Below, in pieces: positions 26,356 to 37,274 of a stretch of 64,000 bases of DNA (positions are counted from its first letter, which is position 1; each line of letters opens with the position of its first letter). Origin of the DNA: Octopus vulgaris (taxonomy: Eukaryota); assembly GCA_951406725.2 (NCBI GenBank), contig OX597815.1, positions 50,468,001 through 50,532,000 of the forward strand. Direction: 5' to 3'. The notes below the pieces were generated by a model. The model was not told the DNA's origin, ran no database searches, and worked only from the letters and a program-made list of their open reading frames with translations. Position numbers and translations under genes: made by a program.

Positions 26356-26716
26356 GCACAAGGGTGGCTGTGTGGTAAGAAGTTTGCATCCCAACCACAT
26401 GGTTCTTAGGTTCAGTCCAGTTGCATGACATCTTGAGCAAGTGTCTTCTATAGCCTTGGGCTGACCAAAGCCTTGTGAGTAGATTTGGTGTATGGAAACC
26501 GAGGGAAATCCATCATGTGCGTGCGTGTGTTTGTGTGTGTGTGTGCCTTTTTTTGTTTGTTAATATCTCCATAACTTCGCAGTTCAGCAAAAGGAACTGA
26601 TAGAATAAGTACCAAGCTTAAAAAAGATAAGTACTGGGGTCAAATCATTTGACTAAACATTCTTCATGTTGGTGCCCCAGCATAGCCACAGTCTTATGAC
26701 TGTAACACATAAAAGA
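26356..26716 (+). mobile_element. SINE family A
   Basis: Head, body and tail present. Confidence 0.88.
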
Positions 26717-26905
26717 TGGGAGGTAAAAGATATATATATATATATATATATATATACGTGTATCATGCAGTTAAAAGAGGATTTAGGAATCTGGGTGGTA
26801 TTCATCCTCAGTCAGCACTGCTGTGTTGGATTATCAATTTTGTCATCATCATTGTCATCGTCATGAACATCATCATCATCATCATCATCATTATCATCAT
26901 CATCA

Positions 26906-26936
<31 letters not shown>

Positions 26937-27200
26937 TGTCATCATCATTAGTTTGGTCTTCACTTTTTAAGCTTGCATGTATCTGATATAATTTTGTTGA
27001 AACACATTTTCCTATGGTTGGTTGCGTTTCCTGTTGCCAAATCTCAACTTCTTTCCAAGCAAAGTAATATTTTCCCATATCTATGGAACAATGAACAGCA
27101 TGAACATGCTTTTGCAGAGGATTGTAAACAAACGACTCTGTTTATAAGGAGATTTCTTCCCACAATCAGTGGCATGTCAAGGCAAAGGAAATATTCACTC

Positions 27201-27233
<33 letters not shown>

Positions 27234-27290
27234 AAAACACACACATGCAAACACACACACACACACACACACACATATGCACACATGTCT

Positions 27291-27755
27291 ATATGGCTGT
27301 GTGGTAAGAAGCCTGCTTCTCAACCATATGGGTCAGTCTCATTGTGTGATACATTGGGCAAGTGTCTTCTACTATAGCCTTGGGCCAACCAAAGCCTTGT
27401 GAGTGAATTTGGTAAACAGAAACTGAAAGAAGCCCATCATATATATATATATATATATAGATGTATGTGTGTGTGCGTGTGTGTGTGTGTGTGTACGTGT
27501 CTGTGTGTATGTATATATGTATGCATGTTATATATATATATGTATGTATGCATATATCTATGTATATCTTTGTGTCTGTGCTTGTTCCCCACCTCACCAC
27601 TTGACAACCAGTGTTGGTGTGTTTATGCCTCCATAACGATAGAGTAAATACTAGGCATAAAAAATAGGTTGTGGGGTTGATCTGTTGGACTAAAACCTTT
27701 CAAGGCAGTGCTCCACCATGGCCACTGCCAAATTATTGAAACAAGTAAAAGAGTA
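27291..27755 (+). mobile_element. SINE family A with expanded internal microsatellite
   Basis: atggctgtgtggtaagaag...gaaacaagtaaaagagta. Confidence 0.85.
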
Positions 27756-27796
27756 TGTGTATGTATATGTATGTATATATATATACACACACACAT

Positions 27797-27959
27797 AGGC
27801 ACAGGAGTAGCTGTGTGGTAAGTAGCTTGCATACCAACCACATAGTTCTGGATTCAGTCCCACTGTGTGCCACCTTGGGCAAGTGTCTTCTACTATAGCC
27901 TTGGGCTGACCAAAACCTTGTGAGTGGATTTGGTACATGGAAACTGAAAGAGGACTGTC

Positions 27960-27993
<34 letters not shown>

Positions 27994-28227
27994 ATATATG
28001 TATATGTGCGTATATGTTTGTGTGTCTGTGCTTGACCCCCAAACATCAATTGACAACCAATGATTGTGTGTTTACGTCACTGTAACTTAGCGTTTCAGCA
28101 AAAATTACCGATAGAATAAGTACTAGGCTTACAAAGAATAAGTCCTGGGGTTGATTTGTCTGAATAATGGCAGTGCTCCAGCACGGCCACAGTCAAATGA
28201 CTGAAACATGTAAAAGAATAAAAGAAT
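27797..28227 (+). mobile_element. SINE family A, full length
   Basis: aggcacaggagtagctgtgtgg...cagtcaaatgactgaaacatgtaaaagaata. Confidence 0.9.
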
Positions 28228-28755
28228 ATATGTATGTATGTATAAATGTAATCTGTGAGTGTGAACATGTGTGAGTGTGTAAATTTCTTTTGTTCCATGT
28301 AGTGCACATTTATTCTCCATATCTGAGAGATTTAATATAGAAATCAATAAAACATGAGACTGAAATCACAACTGCCGTCAACATAATCAGCTCATAGTCA
28401 GTGCTTCAGCATGGCCACACAATGTAATGACTGAAACTAGTAATAGAATAAACGATCATATCCTTTCTCCTTAGAAAATTAGCTTGTGGCTATTAATTAT
28501 AAATCATTATAATTATTATTGTCACAATAGTTGTAGATGACAGAATAAACCATTATGATTTGCTGCTTGCAGTTATGCCTTTTTATTTTCTGAGTTCAGT
28601 TCCCAGTAGGATTAGATGTATCTTTCATCCTTCTGCAGTCGATAAAATAAAGGAGAAGTGAAGTACTGTGGTTGAATTGATTGACTGTGTCTATCGCCAA
28701 AATTTGTGGCATTGTGCGTATGTTAGAAATTATAAATTTGTCTCTTTCCCTCTTT

Positions 28756-28809
<54 letters not shown>

Positions 28810-28869
28810 AGTTTAGGACAATCAGTAAGTTGTCATAATATGACTCAGAGTTACAATGCATTTTCAATG

Positions 28870-29122
28870 GCTATTATGAAAGGCACTTGTCCGGGGTGTC
28901 ATTGCTGCTGAGTCTGATGTCTCAGAGGTACTCCGTGAACTGGTCAGCCAAGCAGTGTCCCATTTGACTGATGTACAGGGAGGGGCAGAAAGAGCAGGAG
29001 ATGCAGTAAATGACGTTGGTGGAAGTGCAGGTAAAGGAGTCAGCAATGCGATAGGGATGATGATGGATGCCTGTGAGGATGGTGGTGTTGGAGAGGTAAG
29101 GGCAAGTATGGCAGCATGGGTG
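28870..29122 (-). pseudogene. Penelope-like element fragment: Cys-rich linker plus GIY-YIG endonuclease N-terminus (Neptune-like)
   Basis: CCHTCPYL...YRIADSFTCTSTNVIYCISCSFCPSLYISQMGHCLADQFTEYL*DIR matches the PLE pattern FTCxSxNVIYxIxCxxCxxxYIGET.R.L..RF.EH. Confidence 0.85.
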
Positions 29123-29219
29123 ATATACACACACGCATACACACACACACACATATATATATACATACATATTACATAACTATATACATATATATATATA
29201 TATATACATATATACATAG

Positions 29220-29254
<35 letters not shown>

Positions 29255-29364
29255 ATGGATAATAAAACGAATTGTTCTCTTACTCATACATACATAAACA
29301 TATATGTACAGAGAAAGAAAGAGATTGATAGATTGGTAGAAAGATAGCTACATAAACACACCTA

Positions 29365-29572
29365 CCATGTGTGTACCGTTGGTGATTTTTTTTCCTCCGT
29401 CTTCCCTTCTCTGGATCTTTCCTTTTCCTATGTTTCTGACAAAGAGCTCCGATCGAAACATTAAACACCCCCCTTCTTCCCTTCCTTCCTGAGCATCCAA
29501 TAATACTATATTTGTTCCACGTCCTCGCGTTGTTGTGTTTTCTCTTTGTGTTTTCATGTTTGGATTAACTTT
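29365..29572 (+). mobile_element. TA-flanked ~210 bp element with minimal hammerhead-like motif
   Basis: gttt-CTGACAA-a-GAGC-tcc-GATC-GAAAC-ATT-aaac at 29432-29466; second copy at 40340-40545. Confidence 0.7.
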
Positions 29573-29616
29573 ATATATATACATATATACATACAAATAT
29601 ATACATATATACATAC

Positions 29617-29660
<44 letters not shown>

Positions 29661-29671
29661 AGAGAGAGTGA

Positions 29672-30110
29672 GAGAGGTAATGACTGGTAACCGAGACCTT
29701 TGGAGCTTCACAGAGGCAAAGTGGTTGAGTTCCTCTGAAGCATTGAGCCACACGGAGGCAAAGTGGCTGAGTATGTTTATAAATCAAGTGTTGGGCCTCA
29801 TGGAGGCAATGACCAAGACCTTTGACATTATGTTGTGCTTGAGAAGAAGATCCATCAAGCTGAGCAAAATTGCAGTCATGGCAGATACCAGTGTCATGCA
29901 AATTGGTACCCATGCTAGTGGCACGTAAAAGCACCCATTACACTCTTGGAGAGGTGTGCTTTAGGAAGGGCATCTAGTTATAAAAAGACAAATCAAACCA
30001 GACTGGAGTCTGGTGGAGCCTTCCAGTGTGCCAGCTCAGTCAAGCCAGCCAAACCATGCCAGCATGGACAATGGACGTTAAATGATGATGATGATGATGA
30101 TGATGATGAT
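29672..30110 (+). mobile_element. RTE-LINE 3' end and UTR (divergent subfamily) with (GAT)n tail
   Basis: Starts MTGNRDLW-like; ends gtggcacgtaaaagcaccc...catgccagcatggacaatggacgttaaatgatgatg. Confidence 0.8.
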
Positions 30111-30328
30111 GTATACATATATATATATATATATATATATATGTAAATGTAAGATCCAAGGATCAAGGTGTAGGAAGAACTTGAGCTACAAGCAATATGT
30201 AGAAAATATAGTGGTTTATTGAGGTGGAAGGTTGTACATTTTTTTGTATCGAACTATAAGCTGAAAACAATTACTTTATATTTCACAGTAGGCAGCCAGG
30301 GTTGCTAAGTATGCCAAAAAAAAAATCA

Positions 30329-30542
30329 AAGAGTTAAAGAATGGAGTAGATAATATCCAGGTTACATATCTTTCATAACGAGCAGAACCTTGGAAGCGGT
30401 AAATATCCAAGCGAGGTATATACCACAGGCCTGAAGAGTAGCCTGTGGTATACACCTCAGTTGAATATTTACCACTGCTATGGTTCTGCTCACAATGAAA
30501 CAGATGCAGCATGGATATTATCAACTCCATTCCTTAAGTCTT
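30329..30542. repeat. ~214 bp imperfect hairpin with CTGAAGAGTA loop
   Basis: taccacaggc-CTGAAGAGTA-gcctgtggta centre; arms pair out to aagagttaaagaatggag / ctccattccttaagtctt. Confidence 0.9.
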
Positions 30543-30584
30543 GTGTGTGTGTGTGTGCGTGTGTGTGTGTATGTGTTTGTATGT

Positions 30585-30959
30585 ATAAATACAAAATGGG
30601 ACAAGAACGCAAAACATCTGGACAGTTAGGTGATACAAAAATGAGACAACAAAACAACCAGATAGACGATACAAAGAAACCAAGGACGGGTCATTCGAAG
30701 TTTTCTTTCCTCAGTCAAGTACCAGATTATCTTCACAATTTCGGCTGATTATACTCAAGATTGCTCCAATCTGGCCAGCCCCAAGGAAAAACTAAGCTTC
30801 GAGCATTAGATTCCTTGGAAGAAAGCAGCAAATGTATACAAAAATAAGGACAGTAAAAAACGGACAATGTTACACAAATACAATAAAAATAATAACAGGT
30901 TATAACAACAGGTGTCTTTCGAGTAAGGACAAATTAAATTATGCTGGCGTGTGTGGAAA

Positions 30960-30962
<3 letters not shown>
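30585..30962. repeat. Microsatellite-flanked ~375 bp unclassified interspersed element
   Basis: Complex A-rich block bounded by (TG)n and (TA)n; no second copy in the window. Confidence 0.4.
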
Positions 30963-31002
<40 letters not shown>

Positions 31003-31109
31003 ACACACACACACACACACACATATATAGGGAATAACGTACTTTCCAATGCTTGCAATGAGCCGACTGTGATGGTGTTGATGATGATGATATATGTATG
31101 TGCCAGCAT

Positions 31110-31197
31110 AAAAGAGGTTGTCACAGTTCTAGGACAGCACTCTTTACCTTATGAGATGACATATGGTGTACCACAGGGATCTGTTCCTGGCCCCCTC
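31110..31197 (+). mobile_element. CR1/L2-group LINE RT fragment (5' part, interrupted by RTE)
   Basis: EVVTVLGQHSLPYEMTYGVPQGSVPGPL, an RT GVPQGS motif. Confidence 0.85.
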
Positions 31198-32768
31198 GCT
31201 CTAATCGCTGAGTCACTATCAGAACTGGAGGAGAAGTTCCAGGTGTGGAAGGAGGGTTTAGAATCGAGGGGCCTTAGAGTCAACCTAGCTAAAACCAAAG
31301 TACTAATAAGTAGAAAGTTAGAAAATCCACAAATATCCTCAGGAAGCTGGCCCTGCTCGATCTGTAGAAAAGGTGTAGGTAGAAACTCTATAAGATGTAC
31401 CCAGTGTAAGCTATGGACACATAAGAGGTGCAGCAATGTCAAAGGTAGGCTAACTGGGAAGATAGTTTTTGTATGTGGCAGATGCTCTGGAGCATTGACC
31501 TCCGAAAATCTGCAGAAAACAACTTCCGTCACTTTCCGGGGGAAAAACTAGAAGTAGTTGATAGCTTCCGCTATCTAGGTGACCAAGTCAGTAGTGGGGG
31601 CGGGTGCGCTGAAAGTGTAACTGCTAGAATAAGAATAGCCTGGGCAAAGTTTAGGGAGCTCTTACCTCTGCTGGTGACTAAAGGCCTCTCGCTCAGAGTA
31701 AAAGGCAGACTGTATGATGCATGTGTACGAACAGCTATGCTACATGGCAGTGAAACATGGGCCGTGACTGCTGAGGACATGCGTAAGCTTGTGAGGAATG
31801 AAGCCAGTATGCTCCGATGGATGTGTAATGTCAGTGTACTTACTCGACAGAGCGTTAGTACCTTGAGAGAAATGTTGTACCTAAGAAGCATCAGTTGTTG
31901 TGTGCAAGAGAGACGATTGTGCTGGTATGGTCATGTGGTGAGAATGGATGAAGATAGGTGTGTGAGAAAGTGCCAATCCCTAGCAGATGAGGGAACCCGT
32001 GGAAGAGGTAGACCCAGGAAAACCTGGGACGAAGTGGTGAAGCACGACCTTCGGACGTTAGGTCTCACCATGGAAATAACTAGAGACCGAGACCTATGGA
32101 AGTATGCTGTGCGTGAGAAGACCCGGCAAGACTGGTGAAACCATAATCCGTGGCCCCTACCTGGGACGTAGTCAGTCCACCTGTGCATACCTTCCTTCTT
32201 TTGACACTTGTGAAGACCTGTTGAGGCAAGTGAGAATCGAATCGAATCAAATCAAATCAAATCGAACCAAATCAAAATAGATGAACATCAATGGAATTTG
32301 TATCCTTGTGGTACCAGTGCCGGTGGCACATAAGAAAACCATCCGAACGTGATCGTAGCCAGTACCGCAACGACTGGCCTCCGTGCTGAGGGCATGTAAC
32401 AAACACCATCCGAGCATGGCCGTCCGCCAGCTCCGTCTGGCACCTGTGTCGGTGACACATAAGAAAACACCATCCGAGCGTGGCCGTCAGCCAGCCTCGT
32501 CTGGCACCTGTGTCGGTGGCACATAAAAAACACCATCCGAGCGTGGCCGTCTGCCAGCCTCGTCTGGCACCTGTGTCGGTGGCACATAAAATCACCCACT
32601 ACACTCTCGGAGTGGTTGGCGTTAGGAAGGGCATCCAGCTGTAGAAACACTGCCAGATCTGACTGGCCTGGTGCAGCCTTCGGGCTTGCCAGACCCCAGT
32701 TGAACCGTCCAACCCATGCTAGCATGGAAAGCGGACGTTAAACGATGATGATGATGATGATGATGATG
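31195..32768 (+). mobile_element. 5'-truncated RTE-clade LINE (RT C-terminal half with PHD-like finger, 3' UTR tandem repeats, (GAT)n tail)
   Basis: ALIAES...GLRVNLAKTKVL, FRYLG, LHGSETW, RRLCWYGHVVRM, RGRGRPRKTW; frameshift near 31540; stop at 32138. Confidence 0.95.
32320..32595 (+). repeat. ~62 bp tandem repeat in RTE 3' UTR (about 4 units)
   Basis: Unit caccatccgagcgtggccgtctgccagcctcgtctggcacctgtgtcggtggcacataaaa. Confidence 0.9.
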
Positions 32769-33783
32769 TTAATGACATAGATGCCAACTTAAAGAATGCC
32801 ACAGTGCTGAAATATGCAGATGACACCAAGCTGTACCTCGAAATAAAGAGGTCAGATCCTGTACACTATAGATCTCTATTGCAAGCAGACCTGGACACAA
32901 TGCAGCAGTGGATCATGGACTGGCAACTCAAGCTGGCTGTGGACAAATGTACCACCATGCATTTTGGGAGGAGAAACCCAGCGTCCACCTACTCCCTCCA
33001 CAACACTAATCTCAAAAGGTCTTCATGTGAACATGACCTGGGTGTTATTGTCGACAGTGATTTGCGTTGGACAAAACACATCACTAAAATTGTCAAGAAG
33101 GCTGAGGGTGTCTTGGCATCGCTCACCAAATCCTTTGTGAGCTGCTCTCCAACTATCTATCTGCGGCTTTATATAGCTATGGTAAGACCTCACCTGGAAT
33201 TTGCATCACCAGTCTGGAACCCCTATCTTGCCCAGGATATCAATTGTCTGGAAGCTGTTCAGCGACATGCAACCAAAAGAATACCCTCCATCAGGCATTT
33301 GCCATATCCTGAACGCCTTACTTCCCTGGGCATGGACACATTGAAACTCCGACGTTTGGCAGCTAACTTAGCAGACACCCATAAAATTATCAACCATCTT
33401 ACAAACAATAACTCTGAGCACCTTTTCAAACTCCACCCATCTAACACCCGAGGACATATTTACAAAGTCAGAAAACAGCACAGCTTCCATGACTTTCGGA
33501 AACATTTTTTCACGCTGAAAGTTGCTGAAGCATGGAACAAACTGCCGGCATCAGTTGTTAGTTGTCGAAGCACTGCATTCTTCAAAACTGCCATGCTTCC
33601 TGAGATTCGCCAACACTACACCTGATTTTCTCCCCTCCATACACACACAAGCATGTATCTGACTCATACACTGTTCACTTTCCAGACATTTATACATTAC
33701 TGCATATACTCTATACGCACTTTCTGACAAGTTGTGGTGCACCTGAGGACTGTATACAATAATTTCATTATTATTATTATTAT
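32769..33783 (+). mobile_element. CR1/L2-group LINE RT C-terminal part, 3' UTR and (ATT)n tail
   Basis: VNDIDANLKNATVLKYADDTKLY...DLGVIVDSDL...VRPHLEFASPVWNPY...TRGH...WNKLP; ORF 32804-33625. Confidence 0.93.
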
Positions 33784-34249
33784 ATATATATGCATGTGTG
33801 TGCCTCTGTTTGTGTGTACATTCATAACTGTGTGTTACTGTGAGCAACTGTGACATTATCCCCCATAAAAAAGATATGGAGCCACTTGGCAATCCAATGA
33901 GCAAAGATGTGGGATAAAGTATTCTTTACAAAATATTAAGGGTTGGCATCAGGGAAGGTATCCAGCCTTCAAAATGTTTTGCCCAACACATGCCTGTTCA
34001 GGAAAAGCAGACTGTAAGAAGACGACAACAACGACAACGATGACGATGATGATGATGATGATGATGATGATGAGAAGTAGATGGAGGAAAAGGTGCAGAG
34101 AGTGGAGGAGGAGGACAATATCAACGATGCAGAGGATGATTGGTGATGATGGTGATGTCATACTTTTTTTTTCCACTGATTCAATTAATATTTATAATTG
34201 CTAAGATTGTTCTACTCAATTGTTTATTAATGCATTGTCATTTCTGATA

Positions 34250-34273
34250 TGTTGTTGTTGCTGCTGTTGTTGT

Positions 34274-34305
<32 letters not shown>

Positions 34306-34331
34306 TTGTTGTTGTTGTTGTTGTTGTTGTT
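34250..34331. repeat. (TTG/CTG)n microsatellite
   Basis: Directly visible. Confidence 0.9.
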
Positions 34332-34951
34332 CCAGTTTGGGATGTGGCAACAGCTGCAGCTGTTTTTAATACCATTATTGTTGATGTTCAACTATTGCTT
34401 AATGTCTGTATTACTGTGATTCTTGTGGTTGTTCTCATTGTTGTTGTAGTCGTTGTTGCTTACTAGTTTCACCACCAACACCACCACCACCACCACCACC
34501 ACCACCGAAACACTATCATCAACAACAATGACAAGAGAAGCAATGTTAAAAGCAACAACAACAGCAACACAAGCAAGCACTAGCTATGAGTAGACCTTTT
34601 TATTATTATAAGTTGACAACAACAGTAAGAAAGGTGACAACAACAACAACAACAACAACAGCAACAATTGTTGGAGTATTATTAACCACATCAAGAAGCA
34701 GCAACAGTAAGCAGCAGCTATAATAACAACATCAAAGGTGACAGAAAAATCCCAGTTGGTGCGTTCTGACAGCAGCCGACAGTGAGATACACTGGTTCAG
34801 GATTAGAAGAAGAAGAAGAAGAAGAAGAAGAAGGTGAAGAAGAAGAAGAAGAAGGAGAAGGAGGAGAAGGAGAAGAAGAAGAAGTAAATGAATGTATAAA
34901 TATTATGCACAAATATAAAAGGTTTAAATAACAAAATAAATCAACAAGGTG

Positions 34952-35008
<57 letters not shown>

Positions 35009-35015
35009 ATATATG

Positions 35016-35057
<42 letters not shown>

Positions 35058-36894
35058 AGCATATATATATATGCATATATATGTATATATATATAGATAG
35101 ATAGATAGATATGTATATATACAAATTTATATACACATATACATATGCATACACATACACACACATACATATACATGCATGTGCTTGTATGTAGAGTATG
35201 TATGTATGTATGTATGTATGTGGGATGGCAGAGCAAGCCATGTTGAACTTGATATCAATCCAAGTGACATTTGTCACTTAATCACACTGCTTAACTCTGT
35301 TAGAATAAGCAATTTGGAAAATTAGATTGTGTCTCTAATTTTTACTCAATTCTTTTTTTCCTTTATTTTTATCTCTTCCATTTTATTTTTGATGTGTTGT
35401 TGTGAGATTTTTTTGGTGGGGAGGTGTGTGATAGGGTTGAGTTTAGCATTATTGTTATTATTATTTATTTATTTATTGGTCTTTATGTTTATATTTTATT
35501 TTAATTTTTCTAACATTCTTTGTTTATTCTCTAAGTTTATATTGCAGAAACCTTCTTATTGATAAAATGACAGGAATATTGAACAGTTTTTTTTCTTTTC
35601 TTATCTTCCGTTTTATTATTCTTTTTGATACTATTTTTTTTTTTCTTCTTTTAATCATTCCAGTGTGATTGAAGAATTGATTTCTGACAATACATTTCAA
35701 AAAATGAACCCCTATTGCAAGGCATTCACTTTGGTAGACTTTAAGACTGAATAAAACAAAGCCAAAAATAAATAAATAAATAAAATAATAAAAAATAAAA
35801 ATCAAGCCCCAAAAGATAACAATGAAAAAAATAATCAGATGAAAGTAAGTGAGAAAACTATATAAGGTTGGTTTTGTGCAATAAAGATATGAATTATTTA
35901 TTTAGATTGAAGAATCCTTTTGTAGTCAACGATGTTAGAGAAAGTATTGAATTCAGAGAGAGGGTAAGAGAGAGGTGGAAAGAGAGGGAGAGAGGGAGAG
36001 AGATGACAGACAGACAGTAAGAAAGAAAGAGTTTAATACTTAATATGCTCTAAGTGGTGAGATCTAAACTAGACTATATCATGTTGCTTACACACACACA
36101 CATATATTTAAATATGTGTATGTGTGTGTGAGTAATCACATATATAAATATATATATATTTGCATGTATATATGTATGCAATGTATGCATATATATAAAT
36201 ATGTGTGTGCGTGTATATATATATATATATATATAAATACACACACGCATATGTATTTGTGTATGTATATTTATATATATCATATACATATATATAAGCA
36301 TAAATACATATATTTAACACCATCATCACTATCATTATCATCATCATCAAGAATATCATCATTGTTTTGATATCCACTTTTTCATCTTGTCATGGATTAT
36401 TGAATACTATTGACAGATGCCTTTTCTTATGTCAATCCTTACTTGTAATCAAGTAGGGAGCATTTTTCCTTGTCTTAGCATATCAAACCACCAAGTTGCC
36501 AGATGTTACTGTTTTTACATCACATTAATTAGATCCCAGCTGCCTGACCAGTGTTCAATGGAGTGAACAACTGCCTTCTCTAGCAGACAGGTGTCTAGTA
36601 CTGTGGATGGGCTTAAGTGACCCAAAACCAGGCTGGTCTACTGGTCCTGTCAAATTGCTAGAAATGGTAGAAGGTTCACTCCCCTGCTTGCAATATATCA
36701 GACACAGGTTGTGTCATTAACCAGCTGGAGAAGATGTTCTCCTGGGATTAAAACATAATAGTAACATAGGTCCATACGGAACAGCGATGTTGAAGTGGCA
36801 ACCAACATAACTTTTCAGAATTGTTAATAATTACATCTCTTATAGAAATTTTAGAACTAGCTGCTTTGCTTGTTATTATACAACCGAAAGAGCT

Positions 36895-37274
36895 CTTTTA
36901 CTCTTTGACTTGTTTCAGTCATTTGACTGCAGCCATGCTGGAGCACCATCTTTAGTCGAGGAAATTGACCCCAGGACTTATTCTTTGTAAGCCAAGTACT
37001 TATTCTATTGGTCTCTTTTGCTGTACCGCAAAGTTACAGGGATGTAAACACACCAGCATCGGTTGTCAAGCGATGTTGGGGGAACAAACACAGACACACA
37101 AACACACACACATATATATACATATACATATATACGACGGGATTCTTTCAGTTTCTGTCTACCAAATCCACTCACAAGGCTTTGGACGGCCCGAGGCTAT
37201 AGTAGAAGACACTTGCCCAAAGTGCCATGTAGTGGGATTGAACCCAGAGCTATGTGGTTGGTAGGCAAGCTACT
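36895..37274 (-). mobile_element. SINE family A, head truncated by the adjacent element
   Basis: Tail at 36895; stops at gtaggcaagctact before the A box. Confidence 0.9.

Noticed and set aside
30720-30775. ccagatt/aatctgg stem enclosing GAAAT...ATA on the minus strand
   Set aside because: Hammerhead-like spacing but no CUGANGA core
30832-31551. 239-aa ORF as a real gene
   Set aside because: Accidental fusion of microsatellite, CR1-type RT piece and RTE RT piece
32320-32595. CRISPR-like array
   Set aside because: Units are contiguous tandem repeats with no unique spacers, inside a eukaryotic LINE 3' UTR; no cas genes
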